64,000 nt of DNA from Octopus sinensis (lineage: Eukaryota): NCBI RefSeq assembly GCF_006345805.1, contig NC_043000.1:76694001-76758000 (forward strand). The letters are read 5' to 3'. A program made the position numbers and the translations under genes. Positions 53,688 to 64,000 of the stretch are shown here, piece by piece. Position 1 is the first letter of the stretch; each line of letters starts with the position of its first letter. The notes under the pieces are model-generated. The model was not told the DNA's origin and did no database searches. It saw nothing but the letters and a program-made list of their open reading frames with translations.

Positions 53688-54145
53688 TCATGATTCGCCT
53701 CTAGAGAGTTTCTGCCTGCAAAGTCGCACACGTTATTGGCCAACACGAAGATTACATAGAGAAAACTTAGCGTACACTAGAATATCGTACATGAAAGCAT
53801 GTTCCTATGATGCAAAATCTTATATCATATAGTCTGTACCCATGATTAATAGTTAACGAACCGTGAAACGTATTAGGACAATTTCTTTTAGTCCGAAGAG
53901 AATAACAAAATGCATTCTTAAACAAAATGTATCTTTTTCGAAGAAACAGAATATTAGTAGCAAATTACGATGAAAATAAAGCAAGGCAAAGCAACACAAA
54001 ACAATAAGTGGAACAAGTAAACAAGAACGGTGCGAAAGGTAAATGAAAAAAGTACAAGTTAATTGTTTGGATTAAGTCTTCAGACAAATAACGGAGAGTA
54101 GAAGTATACGTGTACTTGCTAGAGACGATATGAACACACACACAT

Positions 54146-54215
<70 letters not shown>

Positions 54216-54249
54216 GCATGCATATGTATATATACATATACATATAAAG

Positions 54250-54696
54250 TAATAAACTGGGGGAAAGAAATCCTTCAAAGGGGTGTGTTAAACATTCATT
54301 TCACTGGTAAATCGGTTGGATGTACATATTGGTATAATTCAATTATAAAGAAAAATTAAATATAGAGATATACTATTGACAATCCAATAATATATTTATA
54401 TTGCAATATTACATTAATTACTATGAATATAATATAACATAATATTATATAACATAAATACTTATAAAAACCATAAATTGCTTCGACATATATATTTTTT
54501 CTGATATACATAATCAGAGATCCATTATATATAAAGTCACTTCAGGGTCACAATTTGTTGGCCTTTTATAGTTTTTATAATTATTTATGTTATATATTAT
54601 TATGTTATGTTATATTATAATCATAGTAATTAATGTAATATTGTAATATAAATAAATTATTGGACTGTTAATTGTATATTTCTATATTCAAGTTAT

Positions 54697-54705
<9 letters not shown>
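54250..54705. repeat. AT-rich fold-back element in (TA)n with a degenerate minus-strand hammerhead (54469-54549)
   Basis: Arms about 54344-54476 and 54565-54705. Minus strand: ACC-CTGAAGT-GAC..GTC-GAAGC-AATT. Confidence 0.65.
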
Positions 54706-54751
<46 letters not shown>

Positions 54752-54764
54752 ATTATATATATAT

Positions 54765-54795
<31 letters not shown>

Positions 54796-54802
54796 GTATG
54801 TA

Positions 54803-55656
54803 TAGGGTGCGATTGGTAAGTTGTCGCTATTTTAGATTTTTTATTTCACGCATACACATTGTTTTTGATTTTGTTGACTACACAGTATAGTAGGGGCAGT
54901 TGGGCACCTTCTGTGAGAAAAATAGCATCATGACGCAATTCACTCTGCCAGAAATTTGGAAACGACATGCTGTAGTGCTTGGCATTTGAGCCGGAAGCTC
55001 CATTACGAACATTGCAAAGTGTTTGGGTGTCAATCTGAGAACAGTGTAATCCGAGGACATGTACCAAGAGTGATAAAAATCAAACATCCAGTCAACATCG
55101 CGGTATTTGAAGTGATCATTAGTGATGGCGACGTTATGCCTCCATTTACCTTCCCACACGGCCTCAAACTCAACACGGAGGCCTACATCAAGTGTCTTGA
55201 GGAGGTAGTGCTGCCCTGAGTCAAGATGGTGGATGCTGGACCTATGTCTGGCAACAGGACTCTACACCATGACACATGGCTGTCAGACTATTTCTGCGAC
55301 AACATCACTCCTGACATGTGGTCACCTAACTCCCCAGATTGCAACCCCCTTGAATATGTCGGGCGCCGTTGAGTGGGAAACCAACAAAACTCCTTGTAAC
55401 ACCAAAGATCAACTGAAGGCAAGGATTATGGCAGCATTCACCAACTTAAACAGAGACCATCCAGAAGAGTTGCAGCAGATACTGAAGTCGTCTGAAAGCT
55501 GTGGTTGAAGCCATTGGCGATTTGATTTAATAAATTTTCTCTTTAGTATTTCAAGATATTTTTCTGTAATTTTGTTAAATATGTCTGTTAAAATGAGACG
55601 TCAGTGTTATTTTCATTTCTGCGTAATTTAGGCGATAGTTTATTCACCACACCCTG
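54803..55656 (+). mobile_element. Internally deleted Tc1/mariner-superfamily element, maT/DD37D-like
   Basis: TA|(T/C)AGGGTG..CACCCTG|TA ends. Motifs KHPVNIAVF..SDGDVMPPF, WQQDS and WSPNSPDCNPL. Confidence 0.8.
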
Positions 55657-55774
<118 letters not shown>

Positions 55775-55863
55775 TGTGTGTGTGTGTGTGTGTGGTGTGT
55801 GTGTGTGTATCTATCTATATATATATATGCATGTATGTATATATATATATATATATATACACA

Positions 55864-55921
55864 AATCAAAAATAAGCAACAAGAATGGATCCGGATCCAT
55901 TCTTGTTGCTTATTTTTGATT
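55864..55921. repeat. Perfect 58-bp spacerless palindrome
   Basis: AATCAAAAATAAGCAACAAGAATGGATCC|GGATCCATTCTTGTTGCTTATTTTTGATT. The arm matches the start of the 9385 insert. Confidence 0.9.
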
Positions 55922-56034
55922 ATAATCACCCCGCATAATTTTATGGGTAATACCATAAAAAATTCTGGTGCATCTAAATAAGTACCATATTCATTTGAAT
56001 CTAAATTGTTTGCTGAACTTATAATCCCATACAT

Positions 56035-56065
<31 letters not shown>

Positions 56066-56215
56066 TATATATATATTATATATATATATATATATACATA
56101 CATACATATGCATACATACATACATATGCATACATACATACATACATACATACATACAACATACATACATACATACATACACACATACATACACACATAC
56201 ATACACACACACACA

Positions 56216-56252
<37 letters not shown>

Positions 56253-56425
56253 CCCCTCCCACGCACTTTTAGCTGGTCCCTCAACCCTATTATCTCCCCT
56301 TATTTCGCTCTCGCGTCTCATGTTTGATCTTTGACCTCTGGCCGAAATCAGATCGCCATGTTGATTCGTTAGCTACTGCACGCATTTTTTCTCTCCTTCT
56401 TTCTGTGTTTTTCTCTCTCTGTGTA

Positions 56426-56463
56426 TCTTTCTGTTGAAGAGCGTAGGCTCGAAACGTTAAAGA
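56426..56463 (+). ncRNA. Minimal hammerhead-like motif in a (TA)n-flanked insert (56249-56562)
   Basis: TCTTT-CTGTTGA-a-GAGC-GTAG-GCTC-GAAAC-GTT-AAAGA. Palindrome AACGTT; A6 is mutated. Confidence 0.6.
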
Positions 56464-56560
56464 CTTGTTTTATTTATATTTCCTGAGCGCCATACTAATA
56501 CAATTGTTCGTTTGTTTTCCACCTGCCTTCGTCTTTTGTTTATTTTCATAAAGCTTCCCG

Positions 56561-56602
<42 letters not shown>

Positions 56603-56889
56603 TAGTTCGGGAATTTGCTTAGTGGATGCACTAAGGTTCAAAACGCTTTACAAACAAGGTTACAAACAATGTCTTGATTTTTTTTCCTGTTATTTATTTT
56701 TGTATTTTGTTCTTTGTGAGGAAACCTAACTTCCAGCTACTTTTTACAGATCTCTTTTTATTCACTGTTTTCTAAACCTGATAAAAGTAAGTTTGATTTT
56801 GCACCGAACAAAAATTCTAGGGGGTACGCTTGCACTCCCTGCATCTCCTGTACATGTACATACATACATGCATATATACATACACACAC

Positions 56890-56975
<86 letters not shown>

Positions 56976-56998
56976 TTATCTATCTATCTATACACACA

Positions 56999-57034
<36 letters not shown>

Positions 57035-57684
57035 ACACATACACACACACACACAGCAAAATGCATTCTTAAACAAAATACGTCTTTTTCGATGAAATGA
57101 AATATTAGTAAATATTACGATGAAAATAAGACAGGTTAAAACAAATGTACATATAGCTTAAAGAGAAATTGTAGTATATTAATATAAATTTCAACCATCT
57201 CCCAACAATCTCCACCTTCCGAAAAACTTCGCAATATAAGCATATAGCCAGTACATTATGTAACGCAAAATCTTTATTAGCGCAGCTCAGTATGACCACG
57301 CATTTAAAATATATTAATTTCATAGATAAAATATATTACACACAGAACGACACTGATATTCCATCTTAACTGCAAAAGCATAAAATATGGTATTATAACG
57401 CGGAATCCCCCTTGTAATTTAAAATGTTCGGCTAGTAATTGTGTACATGATGTAAATAAATATTTTTCCCAATAGACGATACGTATATCATATATATATA
57501 TCAAAATACCCTAAACAAAAAGAACGTTAAGTGAGCTCCAGTTGCACAAAAATGCCGCAGTTTCCAGAGCTAGCATAACTAGAAGAAACCGTTCTTGTAA
57601 GAATACGCATACGCAAGCCTTTTATCCTTCCACAGCCCTAATACTTGTCTTCTCAATAGTACGTGTTTTTCCTAAACATATCTC

Positions 57685-58040
57685 TCTATATAAAGCTGAA
57701 GTTGTCTGTGTATGGCAGGTTTGGTAGCCTTCAACTAACACTATCTACTCCAAGACCCTGCGGCGCAAGTTGACCAAAATTGAAAGTATGATAGAAGAAG
57801 GCTTGCTCTTCCTTCCGTAGAAGAAAAAGTTCAAATCGGACCATGTTAACACCAAAAATTATTTACATCAAAAAGGTGCTTTTTTTTCTATGAAAATCCC
57901 TATTTTTTACGATGTTTTTGACTGCTGTGTCGCCATTTTTCGGTGTATTTCAACTACATAATGCAAAACTTTTACTTTTCAAAAATTCCAATTCTAAAGG
58001 GTCGAAACAGACCCGAGCAACGCTGGGCGATACTGCCATT
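57685..58040 (+). mobile_element. Non-autonomous Helitron related to 19295-20309
   Basis: 5' end TCTATATAAAGCTGAAGTTGT and 3' end ACCCGAGCAACGCTGGGCGATACTGC. The CTAG is degraded. Confidence 0.6.
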
Positions 58041-59378
58041 TTTATATAAAGCTAACGTCCCTCTTGTAGATGACAGTGAAATAAAATGCTTTATAAGGCT
58101 CACTGTAAATCCTTTGACAAATATTTCTCCCAACAATCAGAATAAGTCTCTAGTAATTTATTATTTAAATGTATCTGGAATTTAAAGGACAGTAATCTAT
58201 AAGATACATTGGTGAACACGCAGTCCCTATATGAAATCATCCGGGTGGTGCGTTATATATCTCAGGAGGAGGATGACATTGTATTGTAAAGATTTACAGC
58301 TTTGAACAAAAGATCTGAATTTTTGAATACTTGCAGAGGCGGCTATCGCTTATTTATTGAGGAATTTCTAACTACAAACAACCTAACAAATTTCTTCTAT
58401 ATTGGATTTGCCGTGTCCTGAAATATAGTCCAAAAATTCGAAAACACATATGTTCATCAACATTAAGATTGCATATGCACTGGTAGCTTTCCGTCGTCAC
58501 ATGTTTTCTTTGTTTTGTACATGGCAATGAAGACTTGAACATATCACACATGTACATAGCTCATGATAATGAATAGATGTTAACATGATCTATTTTCATC
58601 GTTCTTTTCGGTAACCAATCAAATCACGATGTATTGTCAACCGTTAACGTCTCGACGTGTCTTCGAATATTTTTGCTTACGTATTTTCATGCTAGTACGT
58701 TTCTTCAATCACTTGAAGATGAACAAATTACCACCGCCATCATCATTACCTCCTTCCACCAGCATCACTACTACCACCATTACCTTCACAACCATCATCA
58801 CCATCTCTTAACAACCTAACTGCAGAACCTCTATGTGGTCGCTCGGTCTGTTAGAAAGAGCCGCCAAGTGCCCACCGTTTACAACAATAAAGGACTTTTA
58901 TGGCACATTCATAGACAAAACACAGATGTCACAGCTGTAATGGTTTTTATCATAGGTCTGTTCATTCAGGCTTGACCTGGGGCTAAACAATAAAAGCAAT
59001 AACACGTGACCGCTCAATCTGCTAGAGATAGTAGCTCAATCTCCTTTAAATCACATACCTGTGTATTGAAAAGAGGAGATCGGATAAGGTAGTTATGTAT
59101 ATGCAGTTGATAGGATTATCATGGTTCGAACGCCATTGATCTTAGTTCACTCTGTGAACATCACCACCGCTAGCACCACCACTACCAACAACAATACTGC
59201 TGCTACCACAGTTTCTCACAATTTAGTCGAGGATGCAGCTGTGCTGTTGAGGCTATGCTGATGTGCTGTTGTTGATGTGGTTGTTTTAATGCCTTCATAG
59301 TATGGTAATAGTTCTGTTGCTGCGATCAAGGTGTATGTTGCAGTGAGTAGCAGTTGTAGAGGTGATACTCTGTGTGTA

Positions 59379-59432
<54 letters not shown>

Positions 59433-59829
59433 AAGGTGTGTGTGTGTGTGTGTGTGTGCGCGTGCTTGTGTGTAATGCTGATGTAGTTGTAATATTAATG
59501 ATTGCAATAGAATTATTGTAGTCACGCTTATATGCTTATATTGTAATCGTGAAAGTTGTGTTAGCGGTGTAGTTGCGTTGTCATGTTTATGTTGTGGTAG
59601 TGCTAATGGTGTTGCTGTGATAGTTGTATTAGTGGTTGTAATAGTGATATAATCATATTTATGTTGTAGTGGTGGTATTTATTAGTGTTTGTGGGATGTC
59701 GTTGTAGCAATTGCGATGAAAACTTGTTCATTTTATTGTCTTTCTTGTCTTTGCTGTTGTTGTTTGCCTTGTCTATAATATTACTGTCATTAATATAATT
59801 ATTAATTTGTTGCCATTGCTATCATTGGA

Positions 59830-60075
59830 GAGACACGTGGCTTAATGATTACAGTGTTGGACTCACGATCGTTAGATTGTAGTTTTGATTCCTGGACCGG
59901 GCGACACGTTGTGTTCTGGAGCAAAACATTTCATTTCACATTGCTCTAGCCCACTTAGCTGGAAAAAATGAGTAATCCTGTAACGGACTGGCATCCCGCC
60001 CAGGTGAGGAATATATGGACCACGGAAACCGGGAAATCATCCTTATGAGTCTATATAACTCAGAGAGGATCTTTA
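59830..60075 (+). mobile_element. tRNA-like SINE remnant
   Basis: GTGGCTTAATGATTACAGTG..GTTTTGATTCC A/B-box-like head. Confidence 0.5.
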
Positions 60076-60077
60076 TC

Positions 60078-60162
<85 letters not shown>

Positions 60163-60163
<1 letters not shown>

Positions 60164-61040
60164 TATGTTTGACTTTTGCTTTATATTTGTACAAGTTGGC
60201 TCCAAGTCTCACCCAGAGACCTCAAGAGACAACAGATTGGAAGTTCACGTTGTTGTTATGCCTAGTGTGCCATATATTTGGGTTTTTTTTGGTGTTGTAC
60301 TAGTGAATGTCTAATAAATAAATAAAAAAAAATTGTTTGTTTTAAACCTTGAGATTACATAGAAAGTATTTTGCGTAGGATATGAGCAGTTCCAATGAGC
60401 ACTATCTTTTGAATTTCTGCCATTTTGGGGTTTCCTGGTATCTGAGTTAGGTAGCAATCAGCCCCTTTCGCTATCATTCCCAGGGCACCTATGACAACAG
60501 GTATTGTTTTAGTCTTCAGGTTCCACATTTTGCTGATTTCTATTTCAAGATCTTTATATTTGCTCAGTTTTTGGTAGGTCTTAAGAGATACGTTTATATC
60601 GATTGGGACTGTCATATCAATGAGGAGGCATGTTCTTTGTCTGAAGTCTTTCAATATGATGTCTGGCCTATTTGCATCTATCTTTCTGTCAGTTTGAATG
60701 GTGAAGTTCCAGAGGAGTGAGATGTGGTCATTTTCAAGCACTGGAGGTGGTTTGTGTTCCCCCCAGTTCTTTTCATGGGGCAAATCCAGGTTTTTGCAAA
60801 TTACCCAGTGAATATATTGTGCAGCTCTATCATGCCTGCTGAGATACTCTGTAGGCGCTAGAAGACTGCACTTGGAGACAACATGATCAATGGTTTCATT
60901 TTGTTGTTGAAATACACGACATGTTGGGCTACTGCCGTTCTTTAATATGTTGGCCTGGTAGTTTCTTGTTGGTAGGCATAGATCTTGAGCTGCTATGATA
61001 AACCCCTCTGTTTCAGATTTTAAGCCAGAGGCCATTAGCC
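60163..61040 (-). mobile_element. 5'-truncated Dong/R4-type LINE (second subfamily) in (TTA)n
   Basis: SGLKSETEGFIIAAQD, ETIDHVVSKC, RHD, NRPDII..LIDM and KYKDL motifs. (TTA)n on both sides. Confidence 0.9.
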
Positions 61041-61099
<59 letters not shown>

Positions 61100-61145
61100 T
61101 ATATTTTGTTGCTGTTGTTGTTGTTGTTGTAGTAGTAGTAGTTAA

Positions 61146-61360
61146 GGCGGTGGGCTGGCAGAATCGTCAGCACGCCGGAAAAAATGCTTTACGACATTTC
61201 GTCCGTCTTTACGTTCTTATTTTAAATTTCACCGAAGTCGACTTTGCCTTTCATCCTTACGGAGTCGATAAAATAAGTACAAGTTGAGCACTGGGATCGA
61301 TGCAATCAACTTACTTCTTCCCCACAAATTGCTGGCCTTGTGCCATTTGTTTGAAATTAT
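61146..61360 (+). mobile_element. SINE, family A
   Basis: Homologous to 4828-5020. Confidence 0.7.
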
Positions 61361-62513
61361 TATTATCATTGTTGTTGTTATTGTTTAACTTAGCTTTCAT
61401 TGAAATGTTGTTCATATCGCTGTTCTTGTTACTGTTGCTTGCCTTGAAACTGCTATCGATAATATTGTTGCCCTTGATATTGTCTTTGTTGTTTATACTG
61501 AGATTAGTATCATTGATATGGTTGTTGCTGATGGTAATGTACATTTGCTTTATTATTGAAATTTTATTATTGCAGTTGTTGTTTCAATTTGCTGGTCTTA
61601 TTATTAATAATATTCTTATTGTCGTTGCTTTTTTTCTTGATGTTGTTCATTGTTGTTGTTATTTTTGTTTCTGTTGTTGCTATAGTTCCTGTGCCTCTTG
61701 TTGCTTTTAATGTTGTTTCTGTGCCTTTTTGTTGTTATTACTGCTGCCTTTTATTACTGGCGTGATTGTTACTATTTTTCATGTTTCTGATGTTATTGTA
61801 GCTCCTGATATTTCTCTCTTTCTTTCACTTTTCTCGAAATTTCCCCACCTTCACCCAAATATTCTTGTTATTGTTTTTGCCAATTTTCTTTTTAAGTTTG
61901 TTCCACATCACTTGTGGACATCGACTCCAACTCGAGAGTATTTTCTTTCAGGTTGTGCGAAATGATATTGCATGTGCCAACTCTGAAACAGTGCATAGTT
62001 CTGAGTCCCGCATATGTTCCCAAACATACATCATGTGAGCATACATCATGTGGACATATGTCATGTGGGCTTGATTACTAAGATTGAAGGTCCCCATGGG
62101 ATTATAGAAAAAACGCAGTAACAGGTCGATCTGTTCGACGAAAACAGTGGCCTTCGAATTTTAGCTGTCTTTGCTTGATTGGCTGACGAGCGGTAAAGAT
62201 CCATAGAGTGACTTGTTTGATATATGGTCGGCATAGTTACTACTGTTAGTTGTCATTGTTGTTCTTGCAGTTTTTGTCGTTATTATTGCTACTGTTGCCG
62301 TTGTTATTCTCATTATTGTTATTGTTTTTGGTGATTCTGTTTGAAGTCTTTTGTCATTGTTGTAATATTTCGGAATTGTATTTGCCTGGCAAGTGACTTG
62401 TTCTGAGACCGAGTGCCAGAACGGAAGCAATTACACCGTGGAAAAACCATTCTAGCCACTGAGGAAGACACACACATCCGCACGCACACACGCACACGCA
62501 TACGCACACACGC

Positions 62514-62559
<46 letters not shown>

Positions 62560-63129
62560 CCTGCAACATTCACTTTCATTTATTTCTTGAGATGGCAAAA
62601 TTTTCGTGACATCGCTACGAAACGGTCACTACAAGACTACTCCAATAATAGTGGAAACTGTGTGTATTAGTGACAAGATCGCAGTAGTTTAACATCTCAT
62701 GAAATATTAAAGTATATTTAAATCTTTTGTACATATTTGAATGGCTTTTGATATTGCTTTTTTATATGTTATATAATATGGTGTTGTAGCTGTTCTACTT
62801 GCTAGTTGTGTTGTTACTTTAAATGTTTCCTTATTGCCCAACTTTTATGTGCTGAGAGGGATTCTTTGGTGTTTGAATAATTCACCTCTGGAAACAATGG
62901 ATGTTTTTTCAACATCCTTAATCAACCCTTATTCAGGGACCTTTTGAGCAGGATGGGTTACTCGACCAGAAAACGGGTTACCCGACTGGGTCCCACCTGC
63001 AAGGTCATGTGCTGTTTATCTTGAAATGAGATCACCATGTCGCGTACATATGGTTGTGATGTATGTGCCTAGTGTACTCTTATCAGACGGGTAGTCATGA
63101 TGGGTATACTGGGCTTCGTATATTTTACA

Positions 63130-63555
63130 TATTTTACATATTTCAGTAATTGACCAGTTAACTATATTGAAACTGTAAGTCATGACTGGTATGGCTAAAG
63201 CATTGATCGCTTCAATCCTGTTTCTCGCATTCAGCTCTGTCTTGAGTATTGCTCTTACTCTGCGATAACATTCTCTCCTGGTCCTTTCCTTCATCACTGA
63301 ATGCCTTATTCCGCCCCCTTCAATTACCCCTAGGTACTTGTAGCTCTCCGCTGGGTCTAATTCTTTTATGACATTCTGCTGGTCAAGGTTAACGTTAGAT
63401 GTTTCCGTCATTTTTTCTTTGATAAAAGTAGCTTTTGCACATTTATCGGGGCCAAATTGCATTCTGATGTCATCACTGAATTGTTTAACAATCGCTATTA
63501 TGTCTTTGAGTTGTTGGTCATTTTTTGCAAAGAGCTTTAAGTCATCCATGTACAT
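63130..63555 (-). pseudogene. Dong/R4-type RT fragment
   Basis: YMDDLKLFAKND..FGPDKCAK..YKYLGV..ILKTELNARN..AIPVMTYSF. Confidence 0.85.
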
Positions 63556-63593
63556 AGATGTAAACTTATGCATACATAGGTACACGCACATAA

Positions 63594-63642
<49 letters not shown>

Positions 63643-63938
63643 TGTATGTAATATTGCAAATGTGTGTGTATGTAATAAGGTCAAAATATCCCTTCATCGA
63701 AGTAAAATTAGTGATCCGATAAGAAACATTAAAATATTAAAATAATCAAGTGAAAAGGCATCTAGCCACAGATCAGATACTTTGTCATATGATTTGTATG
63801 TAAAACATGTTATACACGCGCCCGCGCGAACACACACACAGCTCAAACGTGCACTTTTACTGTTTTCGTGTCTATGTGCGTGTTTCTTTCTTTCTATATG
63901 GTCGCTTTTTTATCTGTCTGTCTATATATCTATCTATG

Positions 63939-64000
<62 letters not shown>

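Noticed and set aside
58970-59005. CCTGGGGCTAAA shared with the 353-nt family
   Set aside because: Only a 12-mer match with no further alignment and no ribozyme.

Overview
AT-rich animal (non-bacterial) genomic DNA dominated by microsatellites ((TA)n, (CA)n, (TATC)n, (TAA)n) and transposable elements. The repeat landscape resembles octopod cephalopod DNA (inference). Recognisable elements: several decayed Penelope-like retroelements (RT + GIY-YIG), mariner and maT/DD37D-like DNA transposons, a Ty3/gypsy LTR element with a 5-bp TSD, (TAA)n-embedded R4/Dong-type LINEs, an RTE-like LINE remnant, a decayed piggyBac, non-autonomous Helitrons and tRNA-like SINEs. Most ORFs in the track are microsatellite artefacts. 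Three small candidate + strand host exons have compatible phases. The main hidden signal is about 20 type I hammerhead ribozyme motifs, identified by eye, in many unrelated short non-coding repeats. One family is a 353-nt retrozyme-like unit present as terminally redundant, slightly-more-than-monomer insertions. Many of these elements sit in (TA)n tracts as head-to-head twins whose ribozyme-sense strands point outward. All coordinates and pairings were read manually and are approximate.
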